A DNA stretch of 64,000 bases, taken from an uncultured Spirochaetota bacterium (lineage in GTDB: Bacteria; Spirochaetota; Spirochaetia; SZUA-6; CAVTHK01). The notes beneath the pieces are model-generated. The model did not search any database. It was given only the letters and a program-made list of their open reading frames with translations, and was not told the origin of the DNA. Each line of letters starts with the position of its first letter. Positions within the stretch are counted from its first letter, which is position 1. The position numbers were made by a program, and so were the translations under genes. Shown here one piece after another: positions 7,681 through 19,406 of the stretch. The stretch is from assembly GCA_963734495.1 (NCBI GenBank), contig CAVTHK010000015.1, positions 64,001 to 128,000 of the forward strand, in the 5' to 3' direction.

Positions 7681-9897
7681 TCAGCTCCTCGCCGCGCGTA
7701 CGATCAGGTAGACCTGCTGCCAGTCCGTCTCGCGGTTCAGCAGGGCGGCGCGCATGATCGAGGCAGCGCGGTCGATCGCGTCCGTCGCCCCGGGCAGGGC
7801 GCGCCGGAGCCGGGCGAGGTAGCTCGCGGGCGCGTCCGCGGCCAGCCATCGCCCCAGGTCGGCCTCCCCTACCCTCCGCAGGCTGCGCAGCCGCTGCTCC
7901 GTGATCTCTACCGCGGTGAACCCTGCGTCGGCAAGCTCGCGGCGCAGCGAATCCGCGGTCCAGCCCACCTTCGGGTCGCCGGCATCCTCGTAGATCGCGT
8001 CTTCAGCCCGGCGTATGAGCTGCTCGAGCTCCGGGCCGAGGGCGTCGGACGCGAGGGCCGAGAGGCGCTGCGCAGCCCTCGGGTAAGGCTCGATCAGGCC
8101 GAGCTGCCCGCCCGGGGCCATCAGGCCGAAGATAGCGGCGAGCGCGGCGGGGCGGCCAGCGGCGGCCGTGAAAGCCGCGCGCCCGAGCACGACGTCGAAT
8201 CTGAGGTCGCGTTCGCCGGCGCGCGCGAGCGCTTCGGGGACCGACGTCAGGCCGGCCTCCAGGCGCGTGGGCTCCCGCAGGGCGTCGGAGACCACGGCGG
8301 CCGGCGCGTCCGCGAACGTCCAGACGCCGCCCTCGGGCGTCCTTCGCACCAGCTCCCAGGTCAGAAACGGCGACCCTCGGCTCAGGTCGAGGGCGCGGGC
8401 GTGCCTCGGGACGCGGAGACCCTCGAACAGCGCGGCCCGCAGCCGCTCCTGCAGGTCCGTGAGGGATCCTTCGGCGCGCGCGATCCACCGCTCGGCCTCC
8501 GCTCCGGGCGTAAAGGTCAGCACCTCGCCTTCGCCCGCGTCCGCCTGCCTGAATGCCTCGATCTGCGCCTCCCGGCGTCGAAGGACCGCGTCGCGGATCT
8601 CGGCCTCGTGCCCCTCGCGGCCCGGCTCGTAGAAGGCGACCCCCTGGAGCGCGGCGGGCAGGTACCGCTGCGCGACCCAGTGCTCCCGGTACGAGTGCGG
8701 GTAGAGGTAGCCTTCGCCGTGACCGAAGCCTTCGCGGTCGCGGCTGGCGTCCTTGAGGTGCGACGGGACATCGCCGCTGCGCTGCTCCTCGACGAGCTTG
8801 AGCGCGTCGAAGAACGCCATCGTCGAGTTCGATTTCGGTGCGGTGGCGAGGTACAGGGCCGCGTGCGAGAGCGCGAAGCGGCCCTCCGGAAGTCCGACGC
8901 GGTCGAACGTGGCCGCCGCCGCCTCCGTGAGCACGAGGGCGTTCGGGTCCGCGAGGCCCACGTCCTCCGAGGCGAAGATCAGCATCCTCCGGAAGATGAA
9001 GCGCGGATCCTCGCCCGCGTACACCATCCTCGCGAGCCAGTAGAGGGCCGCGTCGGGGTCGCTCCCGCGCAGGCTCTTGATGAAGGCGCTGATCGTGTCG
9101 AAGTGGTAGTCGCCTTCCTTGTCGTAGAGGACCGCCCTCCTCTGGATGCTCTCTTCCGCCACCGCGCGGTCGACTCGGATGTGTTCCCCATCCGGCGGCG
9201 GGAACCGCGCGGGCGTCGTCTCGACGGCGAGCTCGAGCGCGTTCAGCAGGCTGCGCGCGTCGCCCTCGGAGACGTTGACCAGGTGCTCCAGCGCGTCCTG
9301 GTCGATCTCGACGCGGTAGCGTCCGTAGCCGCGCACCGGGTCCGCGAGCGCCTGCCCGGCGACCCGGCGAAGGTCCGCGGCCTCCAGCGGCCGCAGCTGG
9401 AAGACCCTGCTGCGACTGACCAGCGCCCGGTTGACCTCGAAGAACGGGTTCTCGGTTGTGGCGCCGATCATCACGATCGTGCCGTTCTCCACCCAGGGCA
9501 GGAGCGCGTCCTGCTGCGCCTTGTTCCAGCGGTGGACTTCGTCGACGAACAGGATCGTGCGCTCGCTGTGATACTGCCTGCGCGTGCGCGCTTCCTCGAT
9601 CGCCTCGCGGATCTCCTTGACGCCGGCGAGGACCGCGTTGATGGTGATGAAGTGGGCCCGCGTCGTGTTCGCGATGACGCGCGCGAGGGTCGTCTTGCCC
9701 GTCCCCGGGGGGCCGTAGAAGATGACCGAGCTGAGCTGATCGGCCTTGATCGCCCTGTAGAGCAGGCGGCCGGGGGCGACGATGTGCTGCTGGCCGACGA
9801 ACTCGTCGAGCGTGCGGGGCCGCATCCGGGCCGCCAGGGGCTGCTCCCGTTCGATCTGGTCGGCGTGCGCGCTGGCGAAAAGGTCGTCTTCTTCCAC
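7681..9897 (-). CDS. rarA: Replication-associated recombination protein RarA/MgsA with C-terminal methyltransferase-like extension
   Basis: [17 protein letters not shown], Walker [37 protein letters not shown] and YLYPH motifs; about 270 extra C-terminal residues. Confidence 0.92.
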   Translation of the reverse strand: MEEDDLFASAHADQIEREQPLAARMRPRTLDEFVGQQHIVAPGRLLYRAIKADQLSSVIFYGPPGTGKTTLARVIANTTRAHFITINAVLAGVKEIREAIEEARTRRQYHSERTILFVDEVHRWNKAQQDALLPWVENGTIVMIGATTENPFFEVNRALVSRSRVFQLRPLEAADLRRVAGQALADPVRGYGRYRVEIDQDALEHLVNVSEGDARSLLNALELAVETTPARFPPPDGEHIRVDRAVAEESIQRRAVLYDKEGDYHFDTISAFIKSLRGSDPDAALYWLARMVYAGEDPRFIFRRMLIFASEDVGLADPNALVLTEAAAATFDRVGLPEGRFALSHAALYLATAPKSNSTMAFFDALKLVEEQRSGDVPSHLKDASRDREGFGHGEGYLYPHSYREHWVAQRYLPAALQGVAFYEPGREGHEAEIRDAVLRRREAQIEAFRQADAGEGEVLTFTPGAEAERWIARAEGSLTDLQERLRAALFEGLRVPRHARALDLSRGSPFLTWELVRRTPEGGVWTFADAPAAVVSDALREPTRLEAGLTSVPEALARAGERDLRFDVVLGRAAFTAAAGRPAALAAIFGLMAPGGQLGLIEPYPRAAQRLSALASDALGPELEQLIRRAEDAIYEDAGDPKVGWTADSLRRELADAGFTAVEITEQRLRSLRRVGEADLGRWLAADAPASYLARLRRALPGATDAIDRAASIMRAALLNRETDWQQVYLIVRAARS

Positions 9898-9990
9898 TCT
9901 CTCTATTCTTCACGCATGAACGACGTCGCGCAAGCCGGAGGCGCCCTCGCACGCCCCCGGGCGGCCACCGCCTCCACCGGCCGGCGGCGC

Positions 9991-10019
9991 TTGAAAAACG
10001 GCCGCGCGTTGGTTACATT
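9991..10019 (+). promoter_or_regulatory. Sigma70-like promoter of the lytic transglycosylase
   Basis: TTGAAA-17 bp-TACATT. Confidence 0.55.
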
Positions 10020-10066
10020 ATTTTCCCTCCCGCGTTCGGCATGATCGAGCGCGGCTATGGTGCAGA

Positions 10067-10757
10067 ATGTTGAAACGTAAGAAAGATACCGACCGCGGGC
10101 GCATGCGGCGCCCGGCTGCATTCCTGCTCGCGATTGCCCTTGCCGTGGTGGCCGTCAGCGTGACGCTGGACGCCTACGACAGGCTCCCGGGCCTGGGCGA
10201 GCCGGGCCTCGCCGCGGCCGTTTCCGGCCAGGCCCCCGCGGCGCTGAGCCTGCCGACCGAGCCTCCGCACAGGATGCAGGTGAACCACGAGATCGTCCGC
10301 CTCGTGGACAGGGACGCCGTGCTCGATTTCTACGCCGCCTATACCGGCGACCGCGATGTGGCCCGCGTGATCCTCGACGCCGCGCTGCGGGCCGAGGTGC
10401 CGGTGAACCTGGCGTTCGCCCTCGGGTGGCAGGAGAGCCGCTTCGACACCAACGCGGTCAGCGGCATCAATTACTACGGCACGCGGGACTGGGGCCTGTT
10501 CCAGCTGAACGACGCGGCGCGTCCGGAATGGAGGCGGGCCGATTTCTTCGACATCCGCCGCAACGCCGAGAGCGCCATGCAGTACCTGCGGCTGTGCCTG
10601 GGCGAGATGGGGTCCGTGGACATGGCCCTCGCGGCCTACAACGCCGGCATCCGCGGGCGTGCGCGAGTGGGGCATCCCGGCGTCGACCCGCGCCTACACG
10701 CGCGCCATCGGGGCGTACGAGCGGGAGCTCGACCGCGCGTTCGGGGAGCGATTCTAG
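10067..10757 (+). CDS. Membrane-anchored lytic transglycosylase, SLT domain (frameshift near 10657)
   Basis: N-terminal TM helix; motifs WQESRF, DWGLFQLN and ALAAYNAG. Confidence 0.85.
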
Positions 10758-10766
10758 GCCGGGGCC

Positions 10767-12713
10767 TCAGTCGCTCGCCTGCTCGGCGGCTTCCACGGAC
10801 CGCTCGCTCACGCGCCCTGATCGAGGCCACGGCCTTGGCATGCAGCCGCGTGCCGCGCGCCGCGACGCCGCACGGGCGTATGCTTGCGGGTGTCGAAGAA
10901 AGCTTCCTTGAGCCTCTGGCGCTTGGCCGGCACGAACCGCAGCCGCAGTTTCTCCTCGCGCCCGCCTTCACCTAGAGTGTTCGATGCCGTAGGAGCTGCC
11001 GCGCACGAGGTCGTACGTCTTGTCGGTGATGAAACCCGCGACGTGCACCCGCTTGCCCCAGGCGACGCGGTTCTCGTCGCGGTAGGCGAAGAGCAGGTCC
11101 GCGCCCTTTTCCTTGTCGAACAACTCGCACCGCAGCAGCTTTCCCGGCAGCAGCGATCTTCTCGGGCGGGGCCATCACGCGGTAGGTCCCGTCGCTGGTG
11201 ACCGCGATCACGCGGTCGTACTCGCTCACGCTGATCTGCGTCCCGTCGCCGCGGACGGAGCTTCCGAAGAAGCCGGTCGAGCTGTCGTAGCCGAGGCGGA
11301 TGTTGGCGCGAGCGACCGCCTTGCGGTCGACGGCTTCGAAGGACGCGATCTCCGTGCGCCGCGGGTAGCGCTCGCGGTAGCGCTCGACGAGCCCTTCCAG
11401 GAAGCCGATGGCGGTCTTCGTGAGGGACTTGAGCTTGGCCTCGCACTCCTTGATCTTGCGGACGATGTCGTCGATCTCGCCCTCGGTCCGCTCCAGGTCG
11501 TAGGCCGATATGCGACGGATGCGGAGCTCGAGGAGCTTCTTGATGTCGTCGTCCGTGAGCGCCCGCACGAAGAGCTTCTTGAACGCCTCGAGCCCGGTGC
11601 GCACGGTCTTGGTGATGCCGGCCTCGGTCTTGACGGTCTCGATGCGTTTGTAGATCCGGTTCTCGATGAAGATCTGCTCGAGCGTGAGCCAGTGGCGCCG
11701 GTCCTCCAGCAGTCCCAGCTCGTGCTCCAGCTCCATCTTGATCACCCGCTTGAGGTGGGCCGAGAACTCCGAGAGGAACTGCGAGACGGTGAGCTCTACC
11801 GGGACGGTTGTCCTGGATCACGACGATATTGGATGCGACGCTCACCTCGCAGTCGGTGTAGGCGTAGAGCTGCGGCAGCACGTCTTCGGCCGAGACTCCG
11901 CGCGAGGGCGTGAGCTCGATCTCCACCTTCTCCGTGGTGAAGTCGTCGATGCTCGAGACGGCGACCTTGCCGCGCTGGACCGCGATTCGATCGAGGCGAT
12001 GAGGCTCGCCGTGGTGGTCGAGAAGGGCACGTCGCGGATCACCAGCCGCTTGGGGCCGTCGATGTCGATGCGCGCGCGCACCCTCACCTTTCCAGCGCCG
12101 TCCTGGTATTCGGCGACGTCCATGATTCCGCCCTGCTGAAAGTCGGGGAAGAGGTGGACTTTCTGCCCGCGGAGCATGGCCGCGACTCCTTCGAGCAGCT
12201 CGATAAAGTTGTGGGGAAGGATGCGGGTCGCGAGGCCGACGGCGATGCCTTCGGCTCCCATCATGAGGAGCGCGGGCACCTTGGCCGGGAGGAGGAACGG
12301 CTCGTTCCTGCGGCCGTCGTAGCTGGGCACGAACTCGGTGATCGCCGGGTTGAAGAGCGTGTCGAGGGCGAGCTGCGTGAGGCGGCATTCGATGTAGCGG
12401 CGGCCGCGGCCGCATTGTGGCCAGTGAGCACGTTGCCGAAGTTGCCCTGCCGCTCGATAAAGTAGTCCTTGTTGGCGACGACCACGAGCGCGTCTCCGAT
12501 CGAGACCTCGCCGTGGGGATGGAGCTTCATCGTCTCGCCGATGACGTTGGCGACCTTGTGGAAGCGTCCGTCGTGCATCTCGCGGAGGGTGTGAAGGATG
12601 CGCCGCTGGACGGGCTTGCATCCGTCGACCAGCTCGGGGATCGCCCGGTCGATGATGACGTAGCTCGCGTATTCGAGGAAATTGCTCTCCATCAGGGGCC
12701 GAAGCTGGCTCAC
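10767..12713 (-). CDS. parC: DNA topoisomerase IV subunit A (several frameshifts)
   Basis: NFLEYASYVIIDRAIPELVDGCKPVQRRIL, HPHG, QGNFG, RYIECRL (catalytic Tyr) and GAEGIAVG; short form without a recognisable GyrA box. Confidence 0.9.
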
Positions 12714-12831
12714 TCACTCACCTCGCTTGCCTTGGCGCGCCTGCCGTGCCGGCGTCCGGCCGGGCGCGGGCGCCGGGGGCGATGCGCCGGGCGTAACGCC
12801 CCGTCAGGGCACACGGCGGACCGCGCCGGGC

Positions 12832-14644
12832 CTAGATCACGTCCACCTTCAGGTTGTTGACGATGAATTTCCTGCGCGCCGGGGTGTTCTTGCCCATCAC
12901 GAACTCCAGTGTCTTGCGGACCGCGCTCAGTGACTGGACATCGACCGGGACGAGCCTCGCGCCGTCCGAGATGAACTGCTTGAACTCCTGCGGGCTGATC
13001 TCGCCGAGCCCCTTGAAGCGGGTGATCTCCGCGCCGGCGATCTCCTTGGTCGCCCGGTCGCGCTCGGCTTCGCTGTAGCAGTAGACCGTGCGCTTACGGT
13101 CGCGGACGCGGAACAGGGGCGTCTCGAGGATGTATACGTGCCCCGTGAGGACCAGCTCCTCGAAGTACCTCAGGAAGAAGGTGAGCAGGAGGTTGCGGAT
13201 GTGCATGCCGTCGACGTCGGCATCGGTTGCGATGATGACCTTGTTGTAGCGCAGGCCGTCCGATGTCGTTCTCGATGCCCAGCGCCCTCATGACGTTGTA
13301 CAGCTCCTCGTTCTTGTACACCGCGTCCTGGCCGAGCCCGAAGGTGTTCGGCGGCTTGCCCCGCAGCGAGAAGACCGCCTGAGTGTTGACGTCGCGCGCC
13401 TGGATGAGGTTCCCGCCCGCGGAGTCGCCCTCGGCGAGAAAGATGCTCGACTGCTCCCGCCGGCGCTCCTTGGTGTCGTAGTGGATCTTGCAGTCGGTGA
13501 GCTTGGGGATGCGGATGGCGACCTTGCGCGCCCGCTCGCGGGCCTCCTTTTTGAGGGTGGCGAGCTCCTTGCGGACGCGCTCGTTCGTGCGCACCTTCTC
13601 GACGAGCGCCTTGGCCTCGACCGGGTACTTGTGCAGCCACAGCATGAGCTGGTTGCGCACCTCGTTGACGATCCAGGTCCGCACCTCGGTCGAGCCGAGC
13701 TTGTTCTTGGTCTGGCTCTCGAAGACGGGGTCCTTGAGCTTGACCGCGATGGCGCCGACGAGCCCCTCGCGCACGTCCTCGCCGCTGAAGGAGTTGCCCG
13801 CGAACTCGTTGACGCCCCGCAGGACGCCCTCGCGGAAGGCGCTCTGGTGCGTGCCGCCGTCGATGGTGTACTGGCCGTTGACGAAGCTGTAGTAGGCCTC
13901 GCCGTAGTTCGTCGTGTGGGTAAAGGCGAACTCGAGGTGCTTGTCCTTGAAGTAGATGGTCCGGTAGATCGTGGGCTCGCTTGCCGATCTCCTCGGCGAG
14001 CAGGTCCTGGAGCCCGTCCTTGCTGGCAAAGGTCTTGCCGTTGTAGACGATCGAGAGGCCGCTGTTGAGGTACGCGTAGTACCGCAGCCGGCGCTCGACG
14101 TACTCGTCGTTCCAGGCGTAGTCCTTGAAGATGGTGGCGTCGGGAACGAAGCGGACCAGCGTTCCGTCCCTGCTCTTGCCCTTGCCCGCCTTCTGCTGCT
14201 TGAGCTGCCCCGTTCGAAGCGGGCAAAGACGTACTTGCCCTCCCGGAAGCTGGTCACCTCGAACTCGGAGCTCAGGGCGTTGACCGCCTTGGTGCCGACG
14301 CCGTTCAGGCCCACCGAGAACTGGAAGACGTCGTCGGAGAACTTGCCGCCGGTGTTGATCTTGCTGACGCAGTCGATGACCTTGCCCAGCGGGATGCCGC
14401 GGCCGTAGTCGCGGACCGTGACCGCGGGCCCCTCGCGGCGAATCTCGATCTTGCGGCCGGCGCCGACTATGAACTCGTCGACGCTGTTGTCGACGACCTC
14501 CTTGAGGAGGACGTAGATGCCGTCCTGCGGGTGGCTGCCGTCGCCGAGCCTGCCGACGTACATGCCCGTGCGCAGCCGGATGTGCGCGAGGGCGTCGAGG
14601 GTCTTGATCGCCTTCTCGTCGTAGACGACTTTCGTATCCGCCAT
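12832..14644 (-). CDS. parE: DNA topoisomerase IV subunit B (frameshifts)
   Basis: [48 protein letters not shown] and RFKGLGE. Confidence 0.92.
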
Positions 14645-14656
14645 AGCGTGTATCGC

Positions 14657-14685
14657 ATTATCTGGAAATGACCTGCGAGGGTCAA
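14657..14685 (-). promoter_or_regulatory. Sigma70 promoter of parE-parC
   Basis: TTGACC-17 bp-GATAAT ending 12 nt before the parE ATG. Confidence 0.6.
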
Positions 14686-15444
14686 GAACGAAGGGGGTCC
14701 CGCGGCTGCGGGTGCGCCGCGGCCAGAGAACAGGAGGCGTTGGGACGTGCGCATCATGTCCTGCCAGTGCGACCCCCGCCAGTAGGTGCGCAGGCATCCG
14801 GGACACCGGCGGAAGACAGCGTGGGAGGATCGGACCGCCGGCGCCACGGTGTTCGGGGGCTCGGCCAGCGGCTCGAGCGGCGCGTTGCAGCGCAGGCAGC
14901 GCGAGAGCGGGTGCGCAGCGGCCGCGAGATCGAAGCGGCGCAGCACCTCGACCGCCTGCTCCTCAGGCCGCAGCGACCGCACGCAGTAGCCGCGGGTGAC
15001 GAGCCGGCGCTTGAGCAGCCCGCGATCGCGCGTCAGCAGGACGCGGCCCTCACGCGGCGCGCGGGCCGCGAGCTCGGCGTCGTCGGCGCGGCGGCCGTAT
15101 TCGCTGTCGAACCCGAGCATGCGCAGGAGCCGCGCCAGGGCGCCGAGATGCGCGTCGAGCAGGAATCCGAAGCGGCGCAGCGGCTCGGGCCGCACCTGCG
15201 TGACCGTGGAGATGTCGAGGCTCTCGAAGACGGGGTAGACGCTGACACGGTCGCCGGCGGCGATCTCGTGATCGAGCCCCACGGATGTGCCGTTGACGAG
15301 AACGAGGTCCACTTCCGTGTGGGGGACGCCGAGGTCCTGGATCAGCGCGAAGACGGTGCACGGAGCGCGGCGGATCTCGATCGTCCTGGACCGCACGGCG
15401 GCCGGTAGGAAGTCGTTGAGCTCCTGGTAGAAGCGGACGGTCAC
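14682..15444 (-). CDS. Mut7-C ubiquitin-like plus PIN-fold RNase protein (3' end approximate)
   Basis: RFYQELNDFLP...LGVPHTEVDLVLVNG...VYPVFE, then FLLDAHLGALARLLRMLGFD, LLTRDRGL and zinc ribbon CLRC...CPGC..YWRGSH. Confidence 0.88.
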
Positions 15445-15468
15445 CGTGGATTTCGCCGGATCTTCCGG

Positions 15469-15499
15469 AAAAGCAGAGGCCCCCGGATCGGGGGCCTCT
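15469..15499 (-). terminator. Intrinsic terminator after tRNA-fMet
   Basis: AGAGGCCCCCG-ATC-CGGGGGCCTCT followed by GCTTTT on the minus strand. Confidence 0.7.
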
Positions 15500-15500
15500 C

Positions 15501-15573
15501 TAGCAGGGGCAGGATTTGAACCTGCGACCTCCGGGTTATGAGCCCGACGAGCTGCCAACTGCTCTACCCTGCG
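15501..15573 (-). tRNA. Initiator tRNA-fMet(CAT)
   Basis: C1-U72 mismatch, GGG/CCC anticodon stem, CTCATAA loop and GTTCAAATC T-loop. Confidence 0.93.
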
Positions 15574-15585
15574 TCGACGCCTGTA

Positions 15586-15614
15586 AATGTAGTGGATGTC
15601 GCCGCCGCTGTCAA
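15586..15614 (-). promoter_or_regulatory. Sigma70 promoter of tRNA-fMet
   Basis: TTGACA-17 bp-TACATT. Confidence 0.8.
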
Positions 15615-15633
15615 GGTCACCGTCCGGCCGTAA

Positions 15634-16494
15634 TCAATGCGCGTTCTGGCCGCCAGCTTCGCCCGACGCTGCCGGCGCCGCGGGCGCGGCAGCCACGCCG
15701 AACACCCAGTCGCTTGCCTGCTTTATGATGCGGGACAGGACCAGCACCTCCATGTTCTCCCTGGCCCCTTCGACCCGCCGGTTCCACGCCTTCTGGGAAT
15801 GGCGCTTGCGGAACTCGCGGGCCTTGACCTCGACCGCCTGGCGCTCGCGCTCCTCGCCTCGCGCGAGAGAGTCGAGCATGTAGAGCGAGAGCAGGAAGAG
15901 CACGGGGTCGCGGCCGTCTGCAAGCAAGGCCTCGAACTCCTTGCGGGCCGCCTCGACTTCGCGCAGCTGCACGAGGCTGAAGGCGTGATTCCAGCTCACC
16001 CAGCCCCGGTCCCGTGGCCGCGCGGCCGCGAGCACCCGCCCGAAGTATCGCTCGGAATCGGCGGGCCGGTTGAGCAGCAGATACGGGATGCCGAACGGGA
16101 TCGCAAAGGTGTTCGTCAGCGCCGGCCTGCGCTCGGAAAGATGCCCGTGCAGCCGGACGATCTCTTCCATGCGCGAGGCCACGAGGTACGCATTGATGAG
16201 GATCTTGACGTGACGGCGGGTGATCCGGCCCTTGCCGTAGACCTCCTGCTCCAGGTGGGCGATCAGGCCGGTCCAGTCCTCGCGCTCCAGCAGCTCGAAC
16301 AGCTTCCAGCTGCGGACGAAATAGACGTTGAAGCCTGTCAGCGCGACGACGAAAAGCGCCCCGGAAGCCCAGTTCCGCACCAGGAACTCGCCGAAGTGCT
16401 CGCGGCCCAGCAGGAGCAGGGGCATGAAGAAGATGAAGAGAAACGAGACGATGATGACGATGTTGAATATGAGGTAGATCGTTTTAAAGCGCAT
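15634..16494 (-). CDS. Hypothetical membrane protein with helical-repeat C-terminus
   Basis: Intact 286-aa ORF with two N-terminal TM helices. Confidence 0.75.
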   Translation of the reverse strand: MRFKTIYLIFNIVIIVSFLFIFFMPLLLLGREHFGEFLVRNWASGALFVVALTGFNVYFVRSWKLFELLEREDWTGLIAHLEQEVYGKGRITRRHVKILINAYLVASRMEEIVRLHGHLSERRPALTNTFAIPFGIPYLLLNRPADSERYFGRVLAAARPRDRGWVSWNHAFSLVQLREVEAARKEFEALLADGRDPVLFLLSLYMLDSLARGEERERQAVEVKAREFRKRHSQKAWNRRVEGARENMEVLVLSRIIKQASDWVFGVAAAPAAPAASGEAGGQNAH

Positions 16495-16564
16495 CGATTT
16501 GCTCTATAATGAATCGAAACGAACGGCGGCGGCAGTGTAAGCCGTGAGAAGGTCCGAGGTCAAC

Positions 16565-17718
16565 ATGAAGAGAGTGGCGGTCAACGATCTCAAGGTGAAC
16601 ACCTACTTCGACGCGCCGCTGTATCTCGAAGACGAAGAATACCTCATCCTTTCGCCCGACATCCCGGTGACGCTCGAGCTGATCAACCGCCTCAAGGCCT
16701 GGAACTACCGTGAAGTCCTCACCGAAGGGTCCGCCGCCGGAGGGCCTCAGAACCCGGCGTCGGAGCTCCCGGCCGTGGCCGCCACGGGCGGGGAGGAGTC
16801 GCTCGAGGAGAGGGAAGGCCGCGGCCGCGCCGCCGCCTTTTTCACCCAGCTCGTCAAGCAGACCGAGGCGATCTACAGCCGGCTCATCGAAGGCAACACG
16901 CTCGACGGCAAGGCGGCCGCCGACCGCGTCAAGGAGATCGCGGACATGGGCCGGGACAACCACGACCAGCTCCTGGCCTGTCTCGCCGCGCCGCCGGCGC
17001 CGGCGGGCGGCAGCTACCTGGCGGGCCAGTGCGCCGGGACCGCGGTTCTCGCGCTGGCGCTCGGCGTCTATCTCAAGCTGCCTTCACACCGCCTGATCGA
17101 GCTCGGGACCGCGGCGCTCCTGCACAAAGTCGGCATGGCGAAGCTGCCCATCGTCGTTCTACCTGAGCGCAAAGGTCTTCGGCGACAAGGAGCGAAAGGC
17201 GCTGTCCGCTCACCCTATCGCGGCCTACCGGCTGCTCAAAGGGCTCTCCGTCAACGAGAACATCGCGCGGGCGGTGGTGGAGCACCAGGAACGGTACGAC
17301 GGCAGCGGTTATCCCCGCGGGCTCAAAGGCGACGCGATTTCCGCCTACTCCAGGATCATGTCGGTGGCGAATTCGTACGTCGCCATGACGTCAGTCGCGC
17401 CCCTATCGCCAGGCGATCGACGGGCACAACGCCATCACCGAGCTGCTGCGGACGAGCCGCGCCGCTTACGATGAGCAGGTCCTCAAGGCCCTGGTTTACA
17501 CGCTTTCGGTCTACCCCATCGGGATGCACGTGCTGCTCAACAACGGCGTCCGGGGTATCGTGTACCGCGTCAACCCGGACGACGCGCGGTGCCCGATCGT
17601 CAAGCCCCTGACGGACCCCGAAGGGAAAGTCGATCGCCGACGCGCCGCTCATCAAGACCTCGACCGAGAAGCAGATCCTGATCACCCGCGCGCTGCAGCC
17701 CGCGGAGATGGCGCCTGA
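16565..17718 (+). CDS. HD-GYP domain protein with degenerate active site (frameshifts)
   Basis: LGTAALLHKVGM, EHQERYDGSGYPRGLKG, SRIMSVANSYVAM and VYPIGMHVLLNNG; TATAAT at 16505-16510 upstream. Confidence 0.85.
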
Positions 17719-17728
17719 GGATATCCCG

Positions 17729-19387
17729 ATGGTGACCGTTCTCTTCCCCTCCGGCGCCAGCCGCACCTACCCCAGCGGCATCTTCACCGCCGACGTGCTC
17801 GCCGATTCCGAGCTCGCTTCCGAGATAGACCGCATCATCGCGGTCAGGGTGAACAACGAGGTCGTCAGCCTGACCTACAGGGTGTCCGTCAACTGCCGGA
17901 TGGAGCCGGTCACGCTCACCTCGCCCGACGGCACGGAGATCTACCGCAGGACCCTGACGTTCGTCTTCCAGATGGCCGCCCGGGAGATCCTGCCAGGCTG
18001 CCGCCTCGCGATCGGCCTCTCCATCGGGCACGGATACTTTCCACTACCGCGACGACGGCGTGCGGTTGAGCGCCGACGACTGCCGGCGGCTGGACGCGAA
18101 GATGCGGACGTTCGTCCGCGAGCGCCTCGAGATCAGGCAGGGAGGCGCTTTCGTACGAGGATGCGATCGCGACCTTCGACGCAGCGGACGTGCCCCGGAC
18201 CGCGCTGCTGCTGCGGTACGACAATCGCTCGCGAATCCCCGTGGACCGGTGCGGGGCCTTTGTCGCGCTGTCCCACGGGCCGCTGACGCCGCACACAGGG
18301 TTCCTGGAGGCGTTCGAGGTGCGCCCCTACTCCGACGGGCCTGCTCCTGCGCTTCCCCTCGAGCGGACAGCCCCGCTCGATCCCGCAGTTCCGGGACGAT
18401 CCCATGCTCTTCGAGATCTACAGCGAGCACAAGACCTGGGAGCGCGTGCTCACGATGAACTGCGTCGGCCGGCTCAACGAGGTGATCGACCGCGGCAGGA
18501 TTCGCGACGTGATCCACGTCGCCGAGGCGCTGCAGAACAAGAAGATCGCGCGGATCGCGGACGCCGTCTGCGAGAACGCGGCCATCAGGCTCGTGCTGAT
18601 CGCCGGCCCGTCGTCGTCGGGCAAGACGACGCTCGCCAAGAAGCTCTCGATCGAGCTGCAGGCCATGGGCCGGGACCCGGTTCCGCTGTCGGTCGACGAC
18701 TACTTCCTCCCGCGGGACCGCACGCCCGTCGGACTCGCAGGGCAAGCCGGACTTCGAGGCTCTGGAGGCCGTCGACGTCGAGCTGCTCAACGCGCACCTG
18801 GAGCGGCTGCTCAAGGGGGAACCGGTCGACGCTGCCCCGCTACGACTTCGTGTCGGGGACCCGCGCCGAAACCGGCGCGGAGCTGCGCCTTGAGCGAGCA
18901 GGCCGTGCTCATCGTCGAAGGCATCCACGCGCTGAACGACCGGCTCACCCCCGTGGTCCCGCGCGCCGGCAAGTTCAAGATCTACGTTTCGGCGATCACG
19001 CAGCTCGCGCTCGACAACTACACGAGGATCCCGACGACCGACAACCGGCTGGTCCGCAGGCTGGTGCGCGACTCCAACTACCGCGGCCACTCCGCCTTGC
19101 AGACGCTGCGGATGTGGCCGTCGGTCAGGAGAGGCGAGGACCGCAACATCTTCCCCTACCAGAACACCGCCGATGCGGTGTTCAATTCGGCGCTGGTGTA
19201 CGAGCTGGCGGTCCTCAAGGTGAACGCGGAGCCGCTCCTGCGCACCGTAAAGCCTGATGTCCGCGAGTACTCCGACGCGCGAAGGATCCTGTACCTGCTG
19301 AGCCACTTCTCGTCGATCACGCCGACGTGGGTCCCTTCGCAGTCGATCCTGCGCGAGTTCGTCGGCGGCAGCGAGTTCCACTATTAG
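17729..19387 (+). CDS. Nucleoside (uridine) kinase family protein with N-terminal ThrRS/TGS-like region (frameshifts)
   Basis: IYRRTLTFVF in the N-terminal part; P-loop IAGPSSSGKTT; VEGIHALN, RRLVRDSNYRG and FNSALVYELAVLK. Confidence 0.88.
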
Positions 19388-19406
19388 GCCGGGCGCGGTC
19401 CGCCCC

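Noticed and set aside
10767..14644. Pseudogenes or programmed frameshifting in parC/parE and other core genes
   Set aside because: Too many essential genes are affected, there are no consistent slippery sites, and catalytic motifs are intact.
6961..15573. Genomic island bounded by two CAT-anticodon tRNAs
   Set aside because: They are different tRNAs in opposite orientation, with no att duplication or integrase, and the interval holds core genes.
17640..17740. Apparent fusion of HD-GYP to the nucleoside kinase (similarly obgE-nadD, and Mut7-C running into parE)
   Set aside because: Each junction has a nearby stop codon plus a Shine-Dalgarno or promoter for the downstream gene; one indel explains each case.
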